Shown: positions 17,748 to 26,434, numbered from the stretch's first letter. The stretch is DNA of 32,000 nt from an uncultured Bacilli bacterium (GCA_944358535.1 CALVRH010000009.1:7125-39124); one strand, 5' to 3'. Numbers and translations are program-made. The notes: generated by a model from the sequence alone, not told the origin.

Positions 17748-19775
17748 CTATTTTGTATAATCACATTTACTACATTTTATTTTATCTTTTTTTTCAACTA
17801 ACATTTCACCACATTCTGGGCATTTTTCGCCAGTTGGTTTATCCCAATAAGCATTTTTACATTTTGGATAGTTATTACATCCGTAGAATATTTTACCTCT
17901 TCTTGTTTTCTTTTCTATTATTTTTCCATCACAATTTGGACAATCACATACAATTTTCTCTTCTTTTGGTTCTTGTTTTATATACTTACATTCTGGGAAA
18001 TTACTACAAGCAACAAACTGTCCATATTTGCCCTTTCTGATTACTAAAGGATGGCCACATTCTGGACACATCTCGCCAGTTTGTTCAGCTTCTTTTTTAG
18101 GGAGTTTATCAAAGGCTTCTTTAACAGCTGGTTCGAATTCTTTATAGAAGTCTTCTAATACTTGATACCAAATTTCTTTACCTTCGGCTATTTTATCTAA
18201 ATCTGTTTCCATATTTGCCGTATATTTGACATTTATTATATGATTAAAACATTCTTGGAGTTTATCATTTACTTCAAAGCCAATATCTGTTGGAACAAAT
18301 TTGCGTTCAATTAAATTAACATATCCTCTATTTTTAATGTTATCGATTATAGTGGCATAGGTACTAGGTCTACCAATACCTAATTCATCCATCTCTTTAA
18401 TAAGTTTAGCTTCAGTATATCTTGCTGGTGGTTCAGTGAAGTGTTGCTCTTTGGTGATGTCGTTTGAAACAATTATTTTTGAATTATAAGAGTCAAACGG
18501 AGGTAATATAGCGTCTTTGGTTTCTTCATAATCACTATATACTTTTAAATAACCATCAAAGATAATAACACTACCAGTAGCTTTGAAGTTATAATCATTA
18601 TTGTTTAAAATAACGGTTGTTCCTTCTACTTTAGCTGGCGCCATAACGCTGGCTAAAGCACGATAATAAATTAATCTATATAGTTTAAATTCGTCATCGG
18701 TTAAATAAGGTTTTACACTTTCTGGTGTTCTTTCAATGCTAGTTGGTCTAATGGCTTCATGAGCGTCTTGGACATTTTCAGTTTTTTTACTTATTTTGAC
18801 AGGACCGGTATATTCTTTACCATATTTATTTTCAATAAATTTATAAGCTTCGGAAACGAATTCGTTGGATAATCTAATGGAATCGGTACGCATATAGGTA
18901 ATTAATCCAACTGTTTCATCAGCTAAATCAATACCCTCATATAGTTTTTGAGCAACACTCATTGTTTTTCTAGATGAAAATCTAAGCTTATTTGAAGATG
19001 CTTGTTGCATAGTACTGGTGGTAAATGGAGGTTTTGATTGTTTGTTTTTTTCTTTTTTAGTAACTTCCTCAATCTCAAAGGCTTTGGTTAATTTATTTAA
19101 AATATTATTGGCTTCGGTTTCGTTTTTTATTTCAATTTTTTTATGGTTATAAGCGAAGAGGTTAGCTTTAAAGTCTTTAAAGTCAGCAGTTATAGTCCAG
19201 TATTCTTCTGGGTTAAATGCTTTAATTTCTCTTTCTTTATCAACAATTAGTTTTAGGGCAACGCTTTGAACTCTACCGGCAGATGAACCATCGGTTTTAG
19301 ATTGAATTAGTTTGCTTAATCTAAATCCAATAATTCTATCTAAGATTCTTCTTGTCTCTTGGCTATTGACTAGGTTTTGATCAATTTTTCCTTCGTGTTT
19401 CATAGCTTCTAGAATAGCATTTTTAGTAATTTCATTGAATGTTACTCTACTATAAGGTTTATCTTTTAAATTTAAACAATCGTAAAGATGCCAAGCAATG
19501 GCTTCCCCTTCTCTATCGTGATCGGTTGCGAGATATACTTTGTCAGCTTTTTTGGCTTCTTTTTTTAGTTCGTCAATAACACTTTTTTTGCCTTTAATTG
19601 TTTTATAATCTGGTTTAAAATGATTTTCTATATCAACACCGAGGCCATATTTACCTTTAGTTGATAAGTCTCTAATATGGCCTTTACTAGAGGATACAAT
19701 GTAATTATTTCCTAAATATTTACTTATTGATTTTACTTTTGTAGGTGACTCTACTATAACTAAATCTTTACCCAT
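17748..19775 (-). CDS. topA: DNA topoisomerase I (type IA) with C-terminal zinc ribbons
   Basis: 675 aa. Toprim start LVIVESPTKVKSISKYLG, DHDREGEAIAWH, active-site region ITYMRTDS, and three or four CxxC...CxxC fingers at the C-terminus. Confidence 0.95.
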   Translation of the reverse strand: MGKDLVIVESPTKVKSISKYLGNNYIVSSSKGHIRDLSTKGKYGLGVDIENHFKPDYKTIKGKKSVIDELKKEAKKADKVYLATDHDREGEAIAWHLYDCLNLKDKPYSRVTFNEITKNAILEAMKHEGKIDQNLVNSQETRRILDRIIGFRLSKLIQSKTDGSSAGRVQSVALKLIVDKEREIKAFNPEEYWTITADFKDFKANLFAYNHKKIEIKNETEANNILNKLTKAFEIEEVTKKEKNKQSKPPFTTSTMQQASSNKLRFSSRKTMSVAQKLYEGIDLADETVGLITYMRTDSIRLSNEFVSEAYKFIENKYGKEYTGPVKISKKTENVQDAHEAIRPTSIERTPESVKPYLTDDEFKLYRLIYYRALASVMAPAKVEGTTVILNNNDYNFKATGSVIIFDGYLKVYSDYEETKDAILPPFDSYNSKIIVSNDITKEQHFTEPPARYTEAKLIKEMDELGIGRPSTYATIIDNIKNRGYVNLIERKFVPTDIGFEVNDKLQECFNHIINVKYTANMETDLDKIAEGKEIWYQVLEDFYKEFEPAVKEAFDKLPKKEAEQTGEMCPECGHPLVIRKGKYGQFVACSNFPECKYIKQEPKEEKIVCDCPNCDGKIIEKKTRRGKIFYGCNNYPKCKNAYWDKPTGEKCPECGEMLVEKKDKIKCSKCDYTK

Positions 19776-19868
19776 AATTCACTTCCTTTTTTTGACTAAT
19801 ATAACTTATACACTAGTTTATGACGATTGTCAAATAATTTTTCACTTTAATTATTATAATTTTCATTT

Positions 19869-22800
19869 TTACTTTTTATGTATGAAAAGTTGCATTTTAT
19901 TTCTTAATGATAATAAGTTATCTATAATTTTTGTTTGTTCCATTTCTTTGATGATAGATTTTTTTCGAAGATAATAATTTACTTCATAGTTTTCATCATA
20001 GTCTTGATTTAACCATCGAAGATTTGGAATAAAAGAAAACATGTTTACCTTAAAGCATAACTTTACTAAGTCAAACATTAATGGGTCTTTGTATATAGCT
20101 GATTGAATATCTTCAAACATGTTATAACTAATATTAAAGTTAAAATATTTTATCATTTGAATAGCTGTTTTTATATCTGTTTCTTTTTGGGTTGCTTGTA
20201 AATAGTTTTGAATACACGGGATGACTATGGCTTTTTCCCAAAGGGATGGCAAAACTATTTTTATCATCCTATATATATTTAATTCATCATCAGTGTTTTC
20301 ATTTAAAATATTATAGTATTCTTCTATATATATTTTTAGATTTCCTATATAGTAAGTTTTTTTATTTTTACTTACATAATAAAGATAAAGATATGTTTGT
20401 AATAAAGGATGACAGAAGTAATACCATTTACCAGCTTTAACGATTATTTTACTATCTAAAGGATTAATTTTATGTTTAGCTAATTTTTCTTCTGTAAAAA
20501 CAATCTCATTATTTTTGATTAATTTATAGGCAAAATAAGATAGTTTATTTATTTCTTTTAAATTACCTTCAAATATAAAGCTTAAAAAGCCAAAGAAGAA
20601 CATTTGATTATTTATATAAGTATTTGTTTCGAAAAATTGATTTAATAAGTTCATGACAATGGTATTATGTTTTAAATCCTCAAATAATGGGCCTTGAAGG
20701 TTATTTATTTTATCTATTATTTCTTTATTAAAGTGATGTTTATGCATATAATCTTGGATATTTATAATATAATGTGATTTACCTAATAGTCTTTCGATTT
20801 TTGTATCTATTAATTTTTTTGTTTCATTTTGATTTGATTTTGAAGGGGTAATTTTAGGTGATGCATAATTTATTTCTGGATAACTAATTTCATTATTTTT
20901 TGTTTCGTTGTTGTAAATTTCTTCTAGACTTTTAGTTAGTTTAGAAGGCATTTTGATGTTTATGTTTTTATATAATCTTGGGACCCATTCATAAATTAGA
21001 TTTTCAAGTTCTAATTCATCCATATCGTAATAATTTATGTCCGAATATATACAATCTTCGATGGCTTTTTTTATGTCACAGCGATTAGTTTTCATATATT
21101 GTTTAAATACTTTTGGATATAGTTCATTTATGTCAGATAATTTATCTATTTGATAAAAGGTTTCTGATTCATATACAAGGTTATCTAAAACATGGTTTAT
21201 AAATTCTGAAAAATCGTGTTTATTTTTGAAGGCATTTAACAAATTAAAGATGTCATCTAAATCAAATTTATATAGTAAGCCAAACATAATATCGTCAAAG
21301 TTAGATAAAAAATCTTCTGTTTCAGAGATTAAGTATTTTTTTATTTTAGAATTTTTTTCAAAGTTGGTGGTCTTGACTAAAGTGGTTAGTATACTTATAT
21401 ATTTGGTATTTTTTTCACAATTTATTAAATGATTTAAAATATGCTCTTCTAGGTTCTTTTTCATTTTTTCATCTTCATAATTTACATATTTCCATAAGGT
21501 AATGGCTTTTTGAGGTGTTAGATCATTAGTTAAATAGTTAAAGTAAAAATTAATATTTTCTTTAAGAAAATGATTTAAGAAATCCTTATAGGTAGGATTT
21601 TTTAAACTTATAGTAGGCTCTTTGGTTTTAGTTATATTTGTGAAGGTGTTTTCGGTTATAGTTATATAATCTGAAAATTTATCGCCGGTATTTTTAAAGA
21701 TATTATTAAAATCTATTTTTAGTTTTTCAATTGAGATTTGTCCTTCATTTAAAAATATTAACAAGAGTAATACTTTGATTTCTACTGGCTGCTTTTTTAG
21801 ATCTTTTTTAAAGTGTTCATAAGGGTGTTTTAGGTAGTCCATGAATTCAATATAAAGATCAAATGGCTTTAGGTGTTTGTATTTATTATAATCTTTAAAG
21901 AAATCATGTATTAATCTTGGAGTATAGTTTGGAGAGTTTAAAATATTACTATAAAACATTAAAAGTATTTTTGTGTGTTCATATGATAAAGGATAATTTA
22001 CTATATGGTTATATAAAATATTAAATTTGGTTATTAATGATAAGTCATTTGCTTTTAATAAAAACTGGTGTTTAGTGAATTCATTACTTATTTTGTTATT
22101 TATTTCTAAGCCTTCTTGAAATATATATTCGCGGCTAGTTATTATTAAATATTTATTTTCTTGCTCTATTAATGATATAAAATTATATAATTTCTTTTGC
22201 ATTTCAGATGATATACTTAAATTATATTCTGTGTCACCCCAAAAATCGTCAAAAAAGTATATTTGATTTTTATTTTTTTGATATACATCATATAATTCAT
22301 CTACTGAAGAGACTTTGATAAATTCAGAATTTTTAATCTTTTTTATTAAATTAATTATTAGCATACGGCCTAGTGTTGTTTTTCCAATACCTGGCTCACC
22401 TGTTATGATGATTACTTTTTTATTTAATAGATTTTCTAAGGCTTGTTTATAGCTATCGGTAATGGCATAAATTTCTTTTTCTTTATTTATTTCGTTTAGT
22501 TCAATTTGTGTTTGCAGATGAATACTTTTATTTTTTATGTTTTCTATTGTATTAAAGAGGATGTTACTACTTGGAATATATAACTGATAGTATTTTAATT
22601 CTAATTCATGATATTCTTTTTTTGATAGTAAGCGATTTAACATTTCTTTATCTATAATATCATTCATTTTTAAATGGCCGGAAAACATTTCAATTAATGT
22701 TTCTTTTTGTTCTTTTTTTAGATTTTGAGAAGTAATTAAAATATATCTATCAAACTTTTGGACTCTTGTGACTTCTTTTTTTAAACTATTTTTTAATGTA

Positions 22801-22988
22801 TTAAAGTTTTCTTTTTGATTTTTAACTTGTCCAATTATTGTTCCATCCGCATTATAAAAGTCAATACCTTTATCTTTACCTAGACCATTATTATAAAATT
22901 GCTCTTTTTCTTTAATTGATATAAATTCGGTTGCAAATTCTTGAAATTCCTCGGCTGATAATGAATCATAATAAGAATATTTTGTCAT
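19869..22988 (-). CDS. Mrr-like PD-(D/E)xK nuclease - STAND P-loop NTPase - long helical C-terminal region (Avs-like antiphage architecture)
   Basis: 1039 aa. N-terminal FQEFATEFI...GKDKGIDFYNADGTIIGQVKNQ has the Mrr_cat-type D...QxK motif. Walker A IIITGEPGIGKTT (nt ~22377-22403) and Walker B IYFFDDFWG. About 750 aa of alpha-helical sequence follow with no recognised repeats. GAAGGTGA SD. Confidence 0.78.
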   Translation of the reverse strand: MTKYSYYDSLSAEEFQEFATEFISIKEKEQFYNNGLGKDKGIDFYNADGTIIGQVKNQKENFNTLKNSLKKEVTRVQKFDRYILITSQNLKKEQKETLIEMFSGHLKMNDIIDKEMLNRLLSKKEYHELELKYYQLYIPSSNILFNTIENIKNKSIHLQTQIELNEINKEKEIYAITDSYKQALENLLNKKVIIITGEPGIGKTTLGRMLIINLIKKIKNSEFIKVSSVDELYDVYQKNKNQIYFFDDFWGDTEYNLSISSEMQKKLYNFISLIEQENKYLIITSREYIFQEGLEINNKISNEFTKHQFLLKANDLSLITKFNILYNHIVNYPLSYEHTKILLMFYSNILNSPNYTPRLIHDFFKDYNKYKHLKPFDLYIEFMDYLKHPYEHFKKDLKKQPVEIKVLLLLIFLNEGQISIEKLKIDFNNIFKNTGDKFSDYITITENTFTNITKTKEPTISLKNPTYKDFLNHFLKENINFYFNYLTNDLTPQKAITLWKYVNYEDEKMKKNLEEHILNHLINCEKNTKYISILTTLVKTTNFEKNSKIKKYLISETEDFLSNFDDIMFGLLYKFDLDDIFNLLNAFKNKHDFSEFINHVLDNLVYESETFYQIDKLSDINELYPKVFKQYMKTNRCDIKKAIEDCIYSDINYYDMDELELENLIYEWVPRLYKNINIKMPSKLTKSLEEIYNNETKNNEISYPEINYASPKITPSKSNQNETKKLIDTKIERLLGKSHYIINIQDYMHKHHFNKEIIDKINNLQGPLFEDLKHNTIVMNLLNQFFETNTYINNQMFFFGFLSFIFEGNLKEINKLSYFAYKLIKNNEIVFTEEKLAKHKINPLDSKIIVKAGKWYYFCHPLLQTYLYLYYVSKNKKTYYIGNLKIYIEEYYNILNENTDDELNIYRMIKIVLPSLWEKAIVIPCIQNYLQATQKETDIKTAIQMIKYFNFNISYNMFEDIQSAIYKDPLMFDLVKLCFKVNMFSFIPNLRWLNQDYDENYEVNYYLRKKSIIKEMEQTKIIDNLLSLRNKMQLFIHKK

Positions 22989-23151
22989 ATCTTCACCTTC
23001 TTTGATTCATTGTATCAAATAATTTATATAAAAACAAATGTTTGAACAAAAATAAGCCATATTTCTATGACTTTATTTGAGAATGTATAATTTAATGTGT
23101 TTTTAATTTTACACACTAATCTTGACAAGAACTCTACCTACTGTTTTATAC

Positions 23152-24066
23152 TTAACCTAAAGTATAAGGATTTGACTGACTACCATCTCCTCCCGTGATT
23201 TGGACTTCAGAAGAAAGAGTTATGGCAGGCCTGACCGCATAGCCCGTAAAGCTCGCGATGTAGTTGAGCACGTCGCCATTGCTACTCACGCCGAACACAT
23301 AGTCAGAGGTGCCAGAACGAAGCGACAAGATCCACCAACTAATACTATTAAACATCCACGTTGTATTTTTACATGTACTAGAATTATTATTGTTCAAGCT
23401 TAATGTTTTACAGTTTGAATTTGAATTCGTTCTTAAATATTCGCTTACTGTTGGTAATGCTATTTTTCCATTCCATGTTGTACTATTTTCATTATTGACT
23501 TGACTCGCTAAATCATTATTACTAAGAGTTACTGGACCTATACTATAATCATATGCAACTATTTGACCTTGTGCTTCACTACTTAAACTATTTAAATATG
23601 TTCCATTTAAATATGTATTTAATGTAGCTGGTCTGGCCCAATTATTTTTATTTGATGTATCCCATGCTAAAGTATAGCTTGTATTTATATTTGCTGTTTT
23701 CATTATCTTTATAGTTCCATCACAACCTACAGAAATAATTCTCCAGCCGGCTTTCTCTCCATTAAAAGTTACATAATTATTGGGGTTTGCTCCAGTAAAG
23801 AAATATCTACACTCATACGGATCTTTTTCTAGTCCATTATCTTCTATTATTTGTTCCCCTGGTGGCTTAGCTGTACATACTCCATATAACTCATCTATTG
23901 CTCCTTGAACATTTGTACTCTGCAAGCCACTTACACTATTATCATATGTTGTTTGATTAGAAGGAAAATATGTTGCTGCTATTACACTTATACTAATTGC
24001 TGTTATTACTCCTAATACAAAACCAGGTAAATATCCAAAAACTACTTTTTTTATTCTCTCTTTCAT
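23152..24066 (-). CDS. Membrane-anchored surface protein with a lectin-like (DUF6273/DUF1566-like by eye) C-terminal domain
   Basis: The start is set at ATG 24066 (MKERIKK; AAGGAGG SD). It has an N-terminal TM helix. Motifs seen: NVQGAIDELY, WRIISV..DGTIKIM, GKIALPTVSEYL, WWILSLRS and AVRPAITL. Confidence 0.6.
   Translation of the reverse strand: MKERIKKVVFGYLPGFVLGVITAISISVIAATYFPSNQTTYDNSVSGLQSTNVQGAIDELYGVCTAKPPGEQIIEDNGLEKDPYECRYFFTGANPNNYVTFNGEKAGWRIISVGCDGTIKIMKTANINTSYTLAWDTSNKNNWARPATLNTYLNGTYLNSLSSEAQGQIVAYDYSIGPVTLSNNDLASQVNNENSTTWNGKIALPTVSEYLRTNSNSNCKTLSLNNNNSSTCKNTTWMFNSISWWILSLRSGTSDYVFGVSSNGDVLNYIASFTGYAVRPAITLSSEVQITGGDGSQSNPYTLG
23224..23340 (-). other. Adenine-depleted, GC-rich 117-nt segment at the 3' end of the surface-protein gene (candidate DGR variable region)
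   Basis: Hand count on the coding strand: 66/117 G+C (~56%), only 19 A (16%), and 0 of 39 codons end in A. The rest of the gene and window are strongly A/T-rich with frequent A-ending codons. Confidence 0.35.
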
Positions 24067-24098
24067 TTCTAACTCCTCCTTATTTTTATAATAACACA

Positions 24099-24176
24099 TT
24101 TTAGGACAAAAAGTATACCTTTTTAGGACAAAAAGTTTACTTATTTATTTTAACAATTGTGGGACAATTAGTTTGG
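24099..24176. promoter_or_regulatory. Three copies of a GGACAA-N4-5-AGT(A/T)T motif in the divergent promoter region (putative operator sites)
   Basis: TTTTAGGACAAAAAGTATAC (24099-24118) and TTTTAGGACAAAAAGTTTAC (24121-24140) are 19/20 identical and 22 nt apart. A third degenerate copy, GTGGGACAATTAGTTTGG, lies at 24159-24176. Confidence 0.55.
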
Positions 24177-24183
24177 TGATAAG

Positions 24184-24432
24184 ATGAACGGATTACAGAA
24201 TTATAACAATGATTTTAAAAAAATTATTTGCAAAAATATAAAGAAATTTAGAAAAGAAAAAGAGATTCGATTAATGGATTTAGCAGAAATGTTAGAGGTT
24301 TCTCCAGAATATTTAAAGAGAATTGAGTCACCAAATGATGATAAAAAAACTTGTTCATTAACTTTGCTTTATAAATTATCATTGATTTTTAATAAAAAGT
24401 TGGATGATTTTTTAGTGGACGATCAAAAATGA
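24184..24432 (+). CDS. XRE-family HTH transcriptional regulator
   Basis: 82 aa. IKKFRKEKEIRLMDLAEMLEVSPEYLKRIES...LLYKLSLIFNKKLDDFL fits the HTH_3/Cro-C1 pattern. GGTGA SD. Confidence 0.8.
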   Translation: MNGLQNYNNDFKKIICKNIKKFRKEKEIRLMDLAEMLEVSPEYLKRIESPNDDKKTCSLTLLYKLSLIFNKKLDDFLVDDQK

Positions 24433-24480
24433 TTGTCTTTTTATTTACATTGGTGTTACAATAGGTTTTGTGAGGTATTT

Positions 24481-25398
24481 ATGACGGAAAAGGAATTTTT
24501 AATTTGTGATATGGTTAGCGAGGGGTATACTTTAAACGAGATAGCCAAAGCTTTATGGCTTAGTTCTAGGCAAGTACATCAAAAGATTTTAAAGTTAAAC
24601 AGTGATGGCTATTTTATATCCCCTATTTATTTTGATAACGGGAATATTAAATATGTTTTTGATAAGTTTGATACTGAGCATACAATAAATATTTCTTTAG
24701 AGGATAGTTCAAGATTTAAAGCTTTAGTTATTTCTGATATTCATATAGGAAATGAACTTGAAAATTTAGGCTATTTATACAAAGTTTATGATTATGCGAG
24801 GAATCATGATATTCATGTTATTTTAAATTGCGGGGATTTGATTGATGGAAGCTTTACGAAAGGCAAGCAAATAGTTAATGATATAGATGAACAAATTGAA
24901 AGGGTTATTGATGATTATCCATTTGATAAAAGTATTTTAAATTTTATATGTTTTGGTAATCATGATTATAGTGCTTTTGAAAATGGGAGGGATATATCTA
25001 TAGCGATTTCAAATAGAAGGCCAGATTTAGTAAGTGGTGGTTATGGTTTTTCTTTAATAAATATTGAAAAGGATCAATTTGTAATATATCATCCTTTATA
25101 TGAAAAAATATCTATACCTAATAAGTTAATTTTGGAAGGACATCATCATAAAGCTTTATTTAAAATAGCAAGGAATAATTTTTTTGTAAATGTACCTCCA
25201 CTTAGTGATTTATGTTTTGGCCTTCAAGAAAATCCAGGAATGATTGAAATGGAATTATTTTTGAATAACGGTTTTATAAATAATGGTCATTTTAAACAAA
25301 TTGGGGTAAAAAAAAGATTTGAGGTTTATGGGGAAAATGATTTAGAATTTTTCTTAAAGCATGACAAAATAGATGAAAAAAAGATAATTTTTAAATAA
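24481..25398 (+). CDS. N-terminal HTH + calcineurin-like metallophosphoesterase (paralog 1)
   Basis: The start is set at ATG 24481 (GTGAGG SD). The track's TTG 24433 directly abuts the XRE stop. HTH-like EKEFLICDMVSEGYTLNEIAKALWLSSRQVHQKI. Metallophosphoesterase motifs SDIHIGN, CGDLIDG, FGNHDY, EGHHHK. Confidence 0.7.
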   Translation: MTEKEFLICDMVSEGYTLNEIAKALWLSSRQVHQKILKLNSDGYFISPIYFDNGNIKYVFDKFDTEHTINISLEDSSRFKALVISDIHIGNELENLGYLYKVYDYARNHDIHVILNCGDLIDGSFTKGKQIVNDIDEQIERVIDDYPFDKSILNFICFGNHDYSAFENGRDISIAISNRRPDLVSGGYGFSLINIEKDQFVIYHPLYEKISIPNKLILEGHHHKALFKIARNNFFVNVPPLSDLCFGLQENPGMIEMELFLNNGFINNGHFKQIGVKKRFEVYGENDLEFFLKHDKIDEKKIIFK

Positions 25399-25408
25399 GG
25401 AGTTTTAT

Positions 25409-26422
25409 ATGTTTGATGAAGATGAAATTATTAGCAAATTAAATGAAGAAAAAAATTTAAATGAGGTTGCACAAGAGTTAAATATATCTGTATTAGAGGC
25501 CCATAAAAAAATTATGGCTTTAAAAAATGGTGGGATGGTATTTAAAAAAATTATTTATGATGATGGAAATATAAATTATTATATTAAAAGATTTCCAGAT
25601 TTTTATAAAACTAATACTGCCGAACTTAGGGTTAAAAATCATTTTGATTTATCTGCCATGTTGATAAGTGATACTCATTTCGGCAATAGTTTAGCTAATA
25701 TGGATTATTTAGATAAGATTTATAATTACTGTAAGGACTGTGATATACATATCATTATTAATGGTGGAGATTTGATTGATGGCTCATTTAATAGGGAATC
25801 TCAGGATATTTGTGATCCTTTAAAACAATTAGAGTATGTGATTAAAAATCATCCGTTTGACGCAAATATTTTAAATTTAATATGTTTAGGTAATCACGAT
25901 TTTAGTTTATATAAATCTGGCATTGATATTAAAAAGGCTATAGAAATTTCACGAAGTGATTTGATTCCTTTAGGATATGGACTTGGTATTATAAATGTAG
26001 AAAATGATCAATTTTTTGTAAGGCATCAGATACCGGAATATAATTTTGAACAGATTAATGGAAAGTTTATATTGGAAGGACATAAGCACAAAATGGCTTT
26101 TACTGATGAGGGAGATGGATTTTTAATAAATATTCCGACGCTAAGTGATTTAACTTTAGGAAAACACGAATTACCTGGGGCTGTTAGAATGGATTTATTT
26201 TTTGATGAAGATGGTAATATTAATTCTGGAAGGTTTGAACAATTTATATATAATGGTAAAATGTGTACGGTAAATGAAACTTTGCTTAATTTTAATTTGA
26301 ATCATGAGATGATTTATGAGAAAGATGTAAGGCCAAAATTAAAGATTAAAAAGTATGAATATAATGGGCTTAGTCAAACTGAGAAGTTTTACAAAAGGCT
26401 TGAAAAGAAAAAAGAATTCTAA
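25409..26422 (+). CDS. N-terminal HTH + calcineurin-like metallophosphoesterase (paralog 2)
   Basis: 337 aa, AAGGAG SD, 10-nt gap after paralog 1. It is colinear with paralog 1: SDTHFGN, GGDLIDG, LGNHDF, EGHKHK, IPTLSDL versus VPPLSDL. Confidence 0.7.
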   Translation: MFDEDEIISKLNEEKNLNEVAQELNISVLEAHKKIMALKNGGMVFKKIIYDDGNINYYIKRFPDFYKTNTAELRVKNHFDLSAMLISDTHFGNSLANMDYLDKIYNYCKDCDIHIIINGGDLIDGSFNRESQDICDPLKQLEYVIKNHPFDANILNLICLGNHDFSLYKSGIDIKKAIEISRSDLIPLGYGLGIINVENDQFFVRHQIPEYNFEQINGKFILEGHKHKMAFTDEGDGFLINIPTLSDLTLGKHELPGAVRMDLFFDEDGNINSGRFEQFIYNGKMCTVNETLLNFNLNHEMIYEKDVRPKLKIKKYEYNGLSQTEKFYKRLEKKKEF

Positions 26423-26434
26423 CCAGAATTCTTT
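26411..26434. terminator. Hairpin between the convergent HTH-phosphoesterase and activase operons
   Basis: 10-bp stem AAAGAATTCT (26411-26420) / AGAATTCTTT (26425-26434) with loop AACC. It overlaps both stop codons. The T-tract is short. Confidence 0.45.

Noticed and set aside
19792-19974. 60-aa plus-strand ORF spanning the topA/STAND intergenic region and the STAND gene 3' end.
   Set aside because: It has no SD, a hydrophobic low-complexity translation, and it overlaps the end of the 1039-aa gene. It is most likely spurious.
23122-23152. Plus-strand promoter-like TTGACA (23122-23127) ... TATACT (23147-23152).
   Set aside because: The spacer is 19 nt, and it would fire into the 3' end of a convergent gene. 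At most it is an antisense promoter, with no supporting feature.
23200-23503. Two plus-strand ORFs (23200-23403, 23309-23503) opposite the surface-protein gene.
   Set aside because: They exist only because the GC-rich, stop-poor patch opens the antisense frame. They have no SD, and the sense-strand protein has clear domain-like motifs.
22989-24183. A complete cis-encoded DGR (template repeat, Avd, reverse transcriptase) next to the VR-like patch.
   Set aside because: The flanking intergenic regions show no sequence resembling the 117-nt patch, and no RT-like ORF exists anywhere in the window. Only the VR-like signature is reported, as a hypothesis.
23152-26422. Prophage remnant interpretation of the surface protein + XRE + HTH-phosphoesterase block.
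   Set aside because: An XRE regulator and a tail-fibre-like NVQGAIDELY motif are suggestive. However, there are no integrase, capsid, portal, terminase or lysis genes, and no att-like repeats visible.
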